A stretch of DNA of 64,000 bases from a virus (IMGVR_UViG_3300030090_004128:66-64065); one strand, 5' to 3'; positions 37,601 to 46,795 are shown, numbered from the stretch's first letter. Translations and numbers: made by a program. The notes: generated by a model from the sequence alone, not told the origin.

Positions 37601-40600
37601 AAAATCCTGTACAAGAAGTTGAGAGGCTAATTCTATTTTTTGTTGCTCTGACAATCCTTGGAAGATAGGAGCCCCACTAAAGTTAAAGGGAAGCTTTTTT
37701 ATTACAGGTTTTCCATTCTTTAAAACTACAAATCCTCCATCAAATAATATTTGCATAGGATCTGATAAGCTAGGATCATTTTTCATGTCAACATTATTAT
37801 GTTGATCTACTTTTGCTTGTAAGTTATCTATTTGTTTAAGTTCAGGTTTAGTATAATTACCTCTAACAACTTTAGGGTTAACTCTTAATTTAGCTATTTT
37901 ATATATTTCTTTAGCTTCAAGTGTATTATATTGATCTGGATATCTTTCTTGTAAAGCTTCAAAGAATTTAGCTCCAGTTATTTTATTAGCTATAGCTTCC
38001 TCAGCAAATTTAACAACCCCATCATTACTAAATAAAAATCTTCTTTTCAACATTTCTATAGACTTATCAGAGCCAACCTCATTAAAAGCTTCAGCAACTG
38101 AAAACTCCCCACTCAACAGCATTTCAGCTCTAAGAGAACCATCTACTATTCTGTCTGATTTTATAGCATCAATAGCTTTATCAAAAGCGACAGAAAGAGT
38201 TTGTCCCGCTTTTAAGCCTGCTTTTAACGTTTTTAAGAACAGTTCCCACGCCACTGGTCCTAGACCCATAGTTACATCCATATACAGGTTTTTGCCCTTA
38301 TTTCGATTTATTCTATCTAATTCTGAGTCAATACCCCTAATTGTTCTATCTACAAGGCTTTCTGTGTTTTCTGGAGATTTTATATTCGGATCAACATCAG
38401 AATCATGAGCATTTGTAGAAGCATTTATTAAATCTATTACACCAGCTAGCTCTTCTGTTATTTGATCATTAGCCTCCATTAGGTCTATATTCGCAGGACC
38501 CTCCATAGATAGCTTCAAAGTTTTTATAGCTTCTTTTTTAGTTCTTCCAATAGGGGTTTTAGTTGTTAACTCTATCCACTCTTGCTTCCCATATCTTTTA
38601 GCTATTAAAAATGGTTTACCATTAACAGTTCCCTCATATACTTTTTTAGATCTATTATATTTAAAAGGAGTATCTTGAACCACTTCTGTTTCTGTGTCTG
38701 TAGACACTTCTGTTGTAGATGGTTGTTGGAATACAAATTGATCAGGAAGTAAACCTATTTTCTGGTCTGCAAAAGGCCTATCTTGAGGTCTCACATAATC
38801 AGGATCTCCTTTCTGAGGTATACTCCCATCTTCTCTTCTTAAACCTTGATTAAAGTTAACCCATGAGTTTTGACCTCTAGTTTCTGTTGTCATAGCTCTT
38901 CTAGCATCATGACTAAACATTCTAGAGTGATTAAGCCAAGCATTTTCCTCCCCTTTAATTCCAAATCCATTACCTAACTCTGTATGACCAAAGAAATCAT
39001 GAACAGCTCTAAATAAGTCATTAACCAACAAAGGATTACCGTTAACATCTTGAAATTCTGTAGGTTGAAGTAAGGGGTTTTCTGATCTCATTTGATCTGT
39101 TATTTGGCCTTGACCAAAACCAGCCTCTGTTCCAAATATATATAAATGCTTATTATCTCTAACATCTTTTATCATCTCGTCACTATTAGCGTAAGGCTCT
39201 CCTTTACCATTATAAATTTCAATGGTGTACCCAGCATTTACAAGTGATTGATATTGCATTTGAGTTTCATTAGCTAAAGCTGTGTAAGCTTTCTGAACTT
39301 TAGGGTCTTGTGGATTATGCTCCATAGACTCATAGGCATCAGCTATATTTTTAGAGTTTTCTTCATTAATCTCAGTAACTGGAACAGCATCAGAATGTTG
39401 TATTCCTAATTGAGGTGAGTTAGTGTTTATATAGTCTGACGTTATCTGTGATGTTTCTGGGTTGGGGTCATTAAATAGTCTATTACCAGGATTCACCGAG
39501 CTTATGCTTCCAGCAGAACTCCTTACCGACTCATCTTCAAATAAAGTTAGTTGTCTACCACCAGAAGAAGGCATGCCAATATCTTCGTCACGTTCATCTT
39601 TAACTGTAGGCAAACCACCAGGACCCTCTCCAATAGGAATAATAGGACCTCCAGGAGCATCTCCTCCATCATCTCCTCCGTCATCTCCATTTATTCCACT
39701 TAAGTGATCTGGAGTTTCTCCAACCATAGTATCAAAGTCTTCATCTCCCCATAGTGTTAATTGCTCTCCCTGTGGTGATTTTTTATATTCATCCATAACA
39801 CCCAAAAACTCTTGAACTAATTGAGTATCTTCAGGATTTAGAGTGCCAGAGTCCAGCATATCTTGGAAATTCTGCTCTATGCTATTAGCTGTTAAAGTTG
39901 TAAAAGCTGTAGATAACCCTACACAAATAATAGCTGTAGTCATTAACTTATTTATTCTCTCATCTTTTGAGTGACCAACTGTAGCCATTAAAGCTTCTTC
40001 CCAGTTAAAGCCCATATTAGTTAAGTTCTCAACAAACTCACCTGAATACTCAGCTAATAACTCAGCACCACCACCCGCAAGTATTCTTGGGGGTAGGGTA
40101 GCAACTTTAACTCCTTTTTTACCAAAGTTTCTGTATAATGTTAATAACCCTCTAGTTACAGGAGTTCTTTTAAATAAAGAGTTCATTACTTGTTCTGTTG
40201 CTCCCTCAGCAGCACCCATTCTCCATGTAGCCTGATCACCTGATGTCATCTCAAAAGCAACAGCCCCTTTAACTACATTCTCACTAAACTCCCACCAAAA
40301 TGTACCCACAGGAGTGCTTTTAGCAGCAATCATAGCGTTTTTAATCATAGGCACTTTGGTAAGAGTTTTTAAACCAGCACCAGCTAAAGGCATAGTAGCA
40401 ATCATTTCAATCATAATAGGAAGTGTAGTACCTACACCTTGAGCTACCATATCATTCAAGCTTATTTCCCCCGCTACCTTTTGTTCATCTGTTAACTCTA
40501 TTCCGTAAGCATTAGCTATGTCATCATAGTAGTTAATCATATCATCCTCACTATGAACATGTCTTTTATGTACAGCGTGACCAAAAGATTCTGACATTTG

Positions 40601-43255
40601 TCTCAAGAACAAGCCTGTTCCAGTTTTCTCTGCCCATTCTTTTCCTGGATCAACATTAAATGTTAATACATTAGATATAGCTACTAACTGAGTTTGATTT
40701 TCATAGTATCTACCTTTAAAATTCTTCAGCATTTCTATCATAAACTCAGCATCTTCTTTATTAGATCCCTTTGACCAAGCACCTACATTTTTAGCCCACA
40801 TCATAGGTATAGACTTATCTATAGATCTTAATTGCTGTCTTAATCCAATAACACCCACACTTCTTTCAGCCTCGCTATCGAACTGTTCTCTTAATGCTTT
40901 TGATCCTCCACCAATACCCAAACTCCAAATAGAACTTGTATCACCAGAGGCTTCTTGTATAAAACTATACATTTCTTCTAGTGTCATTTTTTGACCACTA
41001 GGAAGTGTTATCTTTTCATTCTTCCATATATCCTGATTCATTAATTCAGTAGAATATAGACCATCTTGAGCCCTCATTAGTTGATCTACAAATGCACCGT
41101 AATCATCAGCTTGATTTAAAGCTTGCATAAAACTAGTCTCCGCAGAAACTATTTGTTGCTGTAGAATTTTATCCTCCTCCGTAGCTATAGGATCTTCCAT
41201 CCTTTCTCCTGATTCTGTGAACATTTCTGTTCCCCTTTCATACCCTCTCTTTTCTCTATTCTCCTCTATCTTAGCTTTAATAACAGCTACGTCCTGCATT
41301 AGTTTAGTAGACTGCTCAACATATTCATCTTCCTCCATTTTTTCTTTTTTGGCCTCTAATTTTTGCAGTTGGAGATTTTTTTCTTTTAAAGCATTATTTA
41401 ATTTTACCTGAGTTGTATAGGTTTCTTCATTTTGCCAGTCCGCTTGAGAAGCAAGAATATTAATATCATTAACTCTGGTTTTTTGGAAATCTTTATAAAT
41501 ATTCATAAAGACTTTATCTTGAAGCATTTCTTCAGGGTTTTTAAATTTCACACCCTTGCTAGCCTGATACTTGTCTAAAAGCTTTTTAGCCTCTGTGTCA
41601 ACAGAAAATTCATTACTTAAATCCTGTTGTATCTCGCTTTTTAATTCACCTATAACTAAATTCATTTGGTAACTTTCAGACCTATCAATTTTAGAATTTA
41701 TCTGATCATTACTACTATTAAAAAAAGCTACCCTATCTTCATGAGTTTTTAAACCACCATAAGCTGTTTTAACATCATTGACACCATGTTTATTGGAGGT
41801 TGTTAACATTTGTGCTGTTAACTTAGTTTTAGCCTCTCTTACAGCATTTATTTGATTTGTTAAATCCTCATACTGAGTCCTTTGCTCCTCACTAAGTGTA
41901 TTATAATTAACATTCCCAAGTGTAGTTCTTTCATCTACGCCCTCTTCATATACAGCTATTGGTCTGTAGTATTTATATTTTTTCTCTTCTTTATATACGT
42001 GACCACCACCAACAAGCTCACTCCTTTTATTTAATAGGCTAGCCATATGATTATCCATATTTAAAATAGTCTCATACTGAGATAAGCCCAACTCATCTAC
42101 AGATTGGAATGATTGATTTTCATCGCCTGTCTGAAGACCTGGCTCTATACCATATTCTGATAAAATCTCTTCATTTTCTCCACCACCGATAGGAACTTCA
42201 TGAAAGAATGTGTTAGTATCAGGATTAACAGCAGATAATAAATCTTTTCCATTTTCAGATATAGATGTTGTTAAAGGTATTTGCATGCCCTCATAATCTA
42301 TAAACTGACCCTCTTCGACACCCTCTAATAATAAGTTAAAGTTTTCAGGATTTTCACTATATATTTGTGCTGCTTTATAAAAATTAAAATCACCTTCCTG
42401 ACCGTAGAATTGTTCAAAGTTTTGGTTAAACTCTACATTTTTTAATTCTGCTTGAATCTCAGGATTATTTCTCGACTTCTCTCTTTTTTGAAGATCATGT
42501 TGATTTTGTATATCTATCTTTAGATCCGCCATCACATTAAAAGGAACCTCAGCAGCATCCACAGGTGATCCATTTTTAGTAAAGGTTTTTAATATATAGT
42601 CATAATCCCAAATGTCTTCTTCGGCATTTATATCCACCTCTGTGTTATTTTGTTCTTGAGGAACGATAGCTCCATCTTGAGCTGTAAAATATTTGTCTGT
42701 TGGAAGTTCTACTATCTTAGACGCTGGAGATGTTGTCATTTTACCTCCAGGTTTTAATATACCCTGATACCCACCATCTGCATAAACGTGTATAGGATAA
42801 CCTTGTCTTCCTTCTAGTAATCTAGGTTCTTTGCCTTTAAAATTAAGAGTAGCTGAGGTGCCAGGTTTTGCACCTTCTAAACCTTTATATAATTCTTCAT
42901 CTGAACTTAAATTAAGATCAGTTACAAAGGCTCCATCTTTAGCTGTAAAACTCTTATTATTTTCGCTTATTTCTAATTGCTCCGATTCTCCAGTTTCCGA
43001 TTCTAATAAACCATTTGCCGAATCTTTTTTTTTTAAGGCGTAATGATTAACTACACTTGTTATGTCACTATCACTAGGTTTATATTTAGTTAGTGCACCG
43101 TAAATGTCTTTAACCATGGTTTCATAATCACCATCGTACTGGGCAAAGATCGAATCAATCTCAACTTGAGTTAACCTATAGTTAGGTTTAAACTTCTTGT
43201 AGAAATCTGTTACGAATCTAATAGCGTTTTTATCTTTTTGATATACTACTGCCAT
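31667..43255 (-). CDS. Giant polyvalent virion/ejected protein (3862 aa)
   Basis: HDFFGH metallo-domain, TIDVW/LQAAMW domain, SAM-lyase-like segment and LPD38-like C-terminus; lies downstream of cargo genes; no RNAP DxDxD catalytic motif recognised. Confidence 0.8.
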   Translation of the reverse strand: MAVVYQKDKNAIRFVTDFYKKFKPNYRLTQVEIDSIFAQYDGDYETMVKDIYGALTKYKPSDSDITSVVNHYALKKKDSANGLLESETGESEQLEISENNKSFTAKDGAFVTDLNLSSDEELYKGLEGAKPGTSATLNFKGKEPRLLEGRQGYPIHVYADGGYQGILKPGGKMTTSPASKIVELPTDKYFTAQDGAIVPQEQNNTEVDINAEEDIWDYDYILKTFTKNGSPVDAAEVPFNVMADLKIDIQNQHDLQKREKSRNNPEIQAELKNVEFNQNFEQFYGQEGDFNFYKAAQIYSENPENFNLLLEGVEEGQFIDYEGMQIPLTTSISENGKDLLSAVNPDTNTFFHEVPIGGGENEEILSEYGIEPGLQTGDENQSFQSVDELGLSQYETILNMDNHMASLLNKRSELVGGGHVYKEEKKYKYYRPIAVYEEGVDERTTLGNVNYNTLSEEQRTQYEDLTNQINAVREAKTKLTAQMLTTSNKHGVNDVKTAYGGLKTHEDRVAFFNSSNDQINSKIDRSESYQMNLVIGELKSEIQQDLSNEFSVDTEAKKLLDKYQASKGVKFKNPEEMLQDKVFMNIYKDFQKTRVNDINILASQADWQNEETYTTQVKLNNALKEKNLQLQKLEAKKEKMEEDEYVEQSTKLMQDVAVIKAKIEENREKRGYERGTEMFTESGERMEDPIATEEDKILQQQIVSAETSFMQALNQADDYGAFVDQLMRAQDGLYSTELMNQDIWKNEKITLPSGQKMTLEEMYSFIQEASGDTSSIWSLGIGGGSKALREQFDSEAERSVGVIGLRQQLRSIDKSIPMMWAKNVGAWSKGSNKEDAEFMIEMLKNFKGRYYENQTQLVAISNVLTFNVDPGKEWAEKTGTGLFLRQMSESFGHAVHKRHVHSEDDMINYYDDIANAYGIELTDEQKVAGEISLNDMVAQGVGTTLPIMIEMIATMPLAGAGLKTLTKVPMIKNAMIAAKSTPVGTFWWEFSENVVKGAVAFEMTSGDQATWRMGAAEGATEQVMNSLFKRTPVTRGLLTLYRNFGKKGVKVATLPPRILAGGGAELLAEYSGEFVENLTNMGFNWEEALMATVGHSKDERINKLMTTAIICVGLSTAFTTLTANSIEQNFQDMLDSGTLNPEDTQLVQEFLGVMDEYKKSPQGEQLTLWGDEDFDTMVGETPDHLSGINGDDGGDDGGDAPGGPIIPIGEGPGGLPTVKDERDEDIGMPSSGGRQLTLFEDESVRSSAGSISSVNPGNRLFNDPNPETSQITSDYINTNSPQLGIQHSDAVPVTEINEENSKNIADAYESMEHNPQDPKVQKAYTALANETQMQYQSLVNAGYTIEIYNGKGEPYANSDEMIKDVRDNKHLYIFGTEAGFGQGQITDQMRSENPLLQPTEFQDVNGNPLLVNDLFRAVHDFFGHTELGNGFGIKGEENAWLNHSRMFSHDARRAMTTETRGQNSWVNFNQGLRREDGSIPQKGDPDYVRPQDRPFADQKIGLLPDQFVFQQPSTTEVSTDTETEVVQDTPFKYNRSKKVYEGTVNGKPFLIAKRYGKQEWIELTTKTPIGRTKKEAIKTLKLSMEGPANIDLMEANDQITEELAGVIDLINASTNAHDSDVDPNIKSPENTESLVDRTIRGIDSELDRINRNKGKNLYMDVTMGLGPVAWELFLKTLKAGLKAGQTLSVAFDKAIDAIKSDRIVDGSLRAEMLLSGEFSVAEAFNEVGSDKSIEMLKRRFLFSNDGVVKFAEEAIANKITGAKFFEALQERYPDQYNTLEAKEIYKIAKLRVNPKVVRGNYTKPELKQIDNLQAKVDQHNNVDMKNDPSLSDPMQILFDGGFVVLKNGKPVIKKLPFNFSGAPIFQGLSEQQKIELASQLLVQDFNANSSKIDLKKATGWYSKTKNLIQQKFGGNASIFFELLGVTSPQAPPQINFRKSTEVLKSYSEGKFDEALEIYDNKVKNIMAQYDQGVFGVGKKAVIKAKELIKQASSDKDVVAGIKKKNGKSFGLPVVTSGIVRVLYGNWLSNNPANKTGQFYNNLSLRDRSATIDVWAARNMRRILYSQGGFVPFRRRQSQETTVGSKDFSFAQSVYALAARQLNLNPDDLQAAMWFIEKQIYDESGFTGDVRAKDQATMENAVNSAKITDRIMIGASTFIGNTSPDQKRRIYSATARAVQNALERNATEEEIASVIAETMQGAVRMDQALQNLDAIVAQLGAMGRPYQSEGIYMNQVEDTINLEILVDTGTDLAILFDELLNTAINNEQESVFISKVTTKQDPNARPFRRIEFDSPMTLTDARMFANEHFGPNGVEGMTVNYNQKGEVIGLSMQFVPEYLMEPMGEGLTVGNVKDFESKWIEGVDKGIKEIQEKYGEDIFNTVENGYINTKVFTNGEYETTTRQEKSFETDINRELARRQRAINSGDNAKDISDLRTGDEYSSRSVQRFQILTDFADKLDQIYKDLGGNAYADPFMSIPIIRAALKTASVVLRATSSVAKAVDAAIDYLKKAQTDGDNFIPDQEVKIRELFKNFLSNQEGLFNPKEAGVSGETELTEEEAAKLEEEEARLKEMREKQTLEMIDALNSEIDLEGWTDSDYSEVLEELQKDQDAAFSRGKDNFFGRLADFKRSLDDAFVKLKEATVDTKYRIKRSIRNIGKDMNLGETASNALASITLWLTVPGTAKELIDQANKKIWGALSSKQIKLVGQLSTLERIIELDNLSDAQKVAADAIIKNLNSLVKKYSSVKTKEERSAVEDQIKQAEAQLENIYKDNPNVRISKGKIRDKKYDGKRWGKESTKYELEYLTKDKDGKEIVVRMKPGIKSIVNPTTKKKVHPWRMKHPDVKNPKGEGRVMINKELAQELIDNMKREQGDGFNIIRETTDKLFQEYSNELKRNFEAGLIDEATYNELKNFKYNPRKFVDYVIFAERNLNEQRKSGRSDRGDHLESPLKMLKQGSDSVLYMDPVKLLQNTLATGAKLRAENEVRKGIYNIISEVTKKGFEYVNGLQMTIEDIGYILKDGEKVKPGYVEMSYNEGGKKVRFAMKNAAYQSLFAHPREMVPAGDKLKLITKPLRWSGSALKVFATGVGAPFFFVANVFYDFAQQVMFTDTYNGMATNPVPFLGLGAKFGMAFTDWAAVLWDAGTNGPLSQEYKMLGGSLEFLTRYGLMDYSSDLAIDEVALTKRAREIMSDPENTLNEERAREKAAREQMSKLYGDDAPYVNPNTVKVYKNAIKNFFAKMNSTSEMTGRLANTRRWIKKYTQEYKEKNDGQEPTGEDLIAIKKRAVANAVDYANFNNGGRTIKFLDSLGFAYLNAAAQVFDKSVRYVSENPKQFLWDTAQWASVFGLGLMAYNLQHFDILDEDEEKRLQDALDKAVASGNRELEKKIREKLYKNRRYYINHISPYDRENYHCVILPGKVTDIVSQEKEVALQEQLKIAESMQIGEERDERIAEIKNQLSDNRIVTPRYLKIPSDARLNVFRLPLEELAFKHITGSDYFIQSKDFSSYTPWGRGDEKNSYGRILQKAIPAGGGNPRDLISTNPLLNVSLKVLGNYDAFYNRPVWNDYNEAANGYTQYEGDYDKYEDRWLMDLSKRFDKMGLKEGGFGVTTIKSAIGSMLTNMDRSPWNAVVNHSYVAATGGLNEYEKEKYGNQMNVFLNDAFGPVTKRYIGEIDLLRNQKTQLQAEADHIRETEERFQANLNLAYKAASERFALRRDPNSGAMVDKNGKKLRFGNDARDDYYLLAQEVIAETHRQIEGRLGNDPVIDQKLWNRDQVDLRIARKIFMDWNFGEYESDIQQAVIDFKQGKKMTAAFIVYEAQKEAVGNPIRYQTLEDLFVEEGIVTDPQVQYMMTVWAREDDKKTQ
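43025..43034 (-). other. A10 slippery run (candidate -1 frameshift / transcriptional slippage site)
   Basis: TTA AAA AAA AAA GAT; the -1 frame reads RFGKWFIRIGNWRIGAIRNKRK-stop (TAA 42957-42959). Confidence 0.55.
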
Positions 43256-43273
43256 ATTTAATTAATTTTAATT

Positions 43274-45361
43274 TTATGCCATCATTGTTTCATCAGCTCC
43301 AGGAAATCCCCACTCCTCATTAATTATGCTGTCGTCACCCATAGCTATTTCCTTTCTCTTACCATCTTCTATTATAACCTTCTTAATATCCTTCATTCTA
43401 TCAAGCCCTTCTTTGTAAGGTTTTAACTCATCAGTGCTTAAAAGAGAACTATTTATAGGGAAGAATCCTGGAATACCTTTTTTGTCTCTCATTATATTAT
43501 CAATCCATACTCTCTCTTCATTTTTTAAATTACCCTCAGCATCTCCAGAGTACAACTCTCTAACATCTTCTGGATTTTTAGCGTTCCAAAATCCATCAAA
43601 ACCAAACACAACCATAGCATTTTCTGCGTCTTCTTCATTAGAAAACACAAACGAATTAGTTTGCTTATCCCATTGAGTGTTAGACATTAATCGACCTGTT
43701 CGCTTATCTATAACCCTATAACCCATTGTTCCTGCGGATAACTCACCTTGAGCAGCACCTTCTTGTAAAATTTTAGTCAGTTTAGGGTCAAAAGCTTGAA
43801 ATCCTACGTCATTATAATCATTTAAATTATTTATATCTGTAGGCTTCCATGGTCTGTCAATATTAGGTAAATCTTTACTTACTGTATGTATTCCTCCCAT
43901 CGCACTAATAGATGACGATCCATCCATTAACTCTATCTTTGTATTAAGAGTTCCAGCATTATCCCAATCCCAACTTAAATTTTTATTATCTATACCTGTA
44001 ACAGTTGGATTATTAATCTTCACGCTAGTATGTCTAGCTTTCCACTGTTCTAGTATCATTTCCACCATGTAATCTTGATAAGTCTCTAACGTTTTTCCTG
44101 GAGCGTATTCACTAGATCTCTTTAATTCTTCTGGTAATTCTCCTAGTAAATTACCATCATTATCTTTATGGCTCCCCTGCTGAATCATTCTAATAATATT
44201 GCTCCTAGCCCCTTCACTAGGGTTATTATTTCCTTGCTCTGCTAGTATAGCATCTGCAACCTGATTAGAAGCTATAGTACCATAATCGTTCTGCCAATCA
44301 CCTCTACCTTCACTTGCATTTCTATCCCACCCAGAAACACTAATAGCTTGATCCCATATACCATTCATAGCTTCAGCAGTTAAATAAGAATTTGTACCAC
44401 CAACAGCCTCATCGTACATTCCTTCAAATTTTAATCCTTGAGATATTTCATATAATCCATTTGTAGAGTATTTCTTTTTATCTATTTGAGTAAAGTCTCT
44501 GCTCCATTGTTTATAGAAAGGAGTTTCACTACCCTCTTCTCCATATACTATATTTCCTTTAATATCAAACCTAAGAAGCTTAGGATTATACTCTTGATTG
44601 TAAATGGACTCAAATTTATAAACGCCTGATTTAGTTTGAGAAACCTCATTGTTTGCGTTTAATTCATAGGCTGTTAATCTTTTACCATCCTCACCTAATA
44701 AATACTGCTCTCCGTTAGGACCTAGCTCATATTGATACTCTCCGTCCTCATTTTTCAATGCTGTTTGTTGACCCATTCCATCATCATAGGCTGTACCTTC
44801 AGCGTTCCACATCCAGCTATAATCATCCATATTCTCTATAATGTTTCCACTCTCATCCTTACCCATTTTAGACTCTACCATTTCCTTAGTTAAATAAACT
44901 TCATCCTGCTCTATTAAGTCTAAATTGTACACGTTATTACCAAACTCATCTACCTCATACACTTTATCATGAAATGCTTTATAGTCAGTTACATATGCTG
45001 TGGTGTGATCTGCAAAATCCTCTATCTGACGCTCCATATTTCTATATACGGACCAATGGTAGTGGCTAAATTCACCTTCTATATCATCTGTAGCTGTGTT
45101 TTTATGATTTAATTCATTGGCATATTTAGCGGCATAAGCATCTAGTTGCCTCATTAATTCTTCCTGACCAGGCATGAATTTCTCTTGAAACTTAGGGTCT
45201 ATCTGAGACTGCCTAACAGCAGACTGTTTCATTTGTTCACCCTCTTTCCCTTGTTTTTTATTTATCTGCCTCTCCTTAAGTCTCAGTTCTTGTTTTCTTA
45301 ATCTGTGACCAGCAAAATCAAATATCTGAGGGTCAAAGCCACTAGTAAATCCTCCAGCCAT
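43274..45361 (-). CDS. Probable ejection/cargo protein
   Basis: 695 aa; position between the muzzle-like gene and the giant protein. Confidence 0.6.
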   Translation of the reverse strand: MAGGFTSGFDPQIFDFAGHRLRKQELRLKERQINKKQGKEGEQMKQSAVRQSQIDPKFQEKFMPGQEELMRQLDAYAAKYANELNHKNTATDDIEGEFSHYHWSVYRNMERQIEDFADHTTAYVTDYKAFHDKVYEVDEFGNNVYNLDLIEQDEVYLTKEMVESKMGKDESGNIIENMDDYSWMWNAEGTAYDDGMGQQTALKNEDGEYQYELGPNGEQYLLGEDGKRLTAYELNANNEVSQTKSGVYKFESIYNQEYNPKLLRFDIKGNIVYGEEGSETPFYKQWSRDFTQIDKKKYSTNGLYEISQGLKFEGMYDEAVGGTNSYLTAEAMNGIWDQAISVSGWDRNASEGRGDWQNDYGTIASNQVADAILAEQGNNNPSEGARSNIIRMIQQGSHKDNDGNLLGELPEELKRSSEYAPGKTLETYQDYMVEMILEQWKARHTSVKINNPTVTGIDNKNLSWDWDNAGTLNTKIELMDGSSSISAMGGIHTVSKDLPNIDRPWKPTDINNLNDYNDVGFQAFDPKLTKILQEGAAQGELSAGTMGYRVIDKRTGRLMSNTQWDKQTNSFVFSNEEDAENAMVVFGFDGFWNAKNPEDVRELYSGDAEGNLKNEERVWIDNIMRDKKGIPGFFPINSSLLSTDELKPYKEGLDRMKDIKKVIIEDGKRKEIAMGDDSIINEEWGFPGADETMMA

Positions 45362-45363
45362 AA

Positions 45364-46758
45364 TTAATTATATTTAAGTATTGGTTTAGGTCTATATCCC
45401 ATTTTAGCTCCACCCATAGCATCTTGATCCATATTTTTTTCAGCATGCTCTCTAGCGTTTTGATCCCACTTATCGAATAATTGTTTTAATTTATTAAATA
45501 CAGCATTTTTATCTCCGTCAGCAATTAATTGCTCAAATTCATTAACGTCTTTAGGTGGCATAATAGCCTCACCGCCAGTCATTTCTCCTATTTTCTCTCC
45601 ATCCTGAACTATATCAATAGGATTCTCTTTGTGAGAAAATTTACCTGGAGTTACATCAGCTTCATTAGCTGGCATCATATCTTGTTTTGCTCCCTCTTCA
45701 TATTCCTGCATCTTAGCTCCCTTTTCAGCTTTCATCTCTTTCTCTTCCCCTTCTCCTTCTATTTTTTGTAGCTGTATATCTAACATATCATAATCAACAC
45801 CTAATGTGTTTTTGTTTATTTTTTTAACAGCATCTTCATGCTCTGTGCCTATAAGATCTTGTGCTATAACACCTCTATATCTACCAGGACCCTCTGGAGC
45901 ATCTTTATCTTTTTTGTAGTCAAAGTCACTAACAGGAACTCCTGATTCAGTTTCTCCTACTTTTTCAATATTTTTTTTCAACTTCTTATCAGACATTCCA
46001 GGAATCAAAGACAATAAAGACTCAAAAACTCCACTAATAAGATCTGATGTAGCCGCAGCTTCTTGACCCTGTAATTCTACTAGTCCCGCTAAAGCTGATG
46101 CTGCTAAGTCACCACTAGCACCTGCCGACATAGTAGTTAAATCTCCCGCTAGATCAAAAACAGCCTGGTCTGCACCAAACTCTTGTTGACCAAGTTGATT
46201 AATTAAAGAAGTTTCTTGTCCTGTTTCAAATTTTTCAATATCTGTTAATTGCTGTTGATATCTTTCGTCCATTCCAGCAGCTTTTTCTTGAGCCTGTATG
46301 TAAGCTTGATCAGCAGATCCTAATACATCTTTTATACCCGTCATCTTACCTGTTCTAGCTATATCCTGAGTGATACCCGCAGTCTGTTGACCAATAGTGT
46401 CTTTTATTCCCTCCGTAAATTCAGTGGAAGCTTTTTTAGGTTTAGTAAGTGATATTCCTTGATCAAAATAATCTTGTAATTGAGTTGATGGGCCAAAACC
46501 CATCTCCTCCTCTACACCTTCAGCTAGACCGACTCCATATTCATCCGCCAGGCCTTGATCTGTTAAAGCCCCTTGATATATGTCCTCTAAAGTATCCTCC
46601 ATCGAACTAATACCCCATAAAGTACCAAGAGCATCTGCAATAAAACCAAATTGACCTTTAGGAACATCTTTATTGTTTATATAAGTTTTTTTCTTATTAT
46701 TTCCTCCTTTGCCATATTTTACGGAAGATGTAGGCTTATATGTATACTTTTTTCTCAT
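45364..46758 (-). CDS. Probable ejection protein with internal peptidase S74 (intramolecular chaperone) domain
   Basis: Q/G/A-rich helical N-half; MSDKKLKKNI...RYRGVIAQDL...VDYDML; C-terminal GEMTGGEAI. Confidence 0.7.
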   Translation of the reverse strand: MRKKYTYKPTSSVKYGKGGNNKKKTYINNKDVPKGQFGFIADALGTLWGISSMEDTLEDIYQGALTDQGLADEYGVGLAEGVEEEMGFGPSTQLQDYFDQGISLTKPKKASTEFTEGIKDTIGQQTAGITQDIARTGKMTGIKDVLGSADQAYIQAQEKAAGMDERYQQQLTDIEKFETGQETSLINQLGQQEFGADQAVFDLAGDLTTMSAGASGDLAASALAGLVELQGQEAAATSDLISGVFESLLSLIPGMSDKKLKKNIEKVGETESGVPVSDFDYKKDKDAPEGPGRYRGVIAQDLIGTEHEDAVKKINKNTLGVDYDMLDIQLQKIEGEGEEKEMKAEKGAKMQEYEEGAKQDMMPANEADVTPGKFSHKENPIDIVQDGEKIGEMTGGEAIMPPKDVNEFEQLIADGDKNAVFNKLKQLFDKWDQNAREHAEKNMDQDAMGGAKMGYRPKPILKYN

Positions 46759-46763
46759 TTTTA

Positions 46764-46771
46764 CAAATATA
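46764..46771 (-). promoter_or_regulatory. -7 promoter element, probable leaderless transcript
   Basis: TATATTTG-TAAAA-ATG. Confidence 0.6.
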
Positions 46772-46795
46772 TTTATTATTTTTCACTTGTACAAG

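Noticed and set aside
31667-43255. Giant protein as a crAss-type virion RNA polymerase
   Set aside because: No DFDGD/DFDID-type catalytic motif in context (DEDFD lies in an acidic linker); the recognisable domains are polyvalent-protein type
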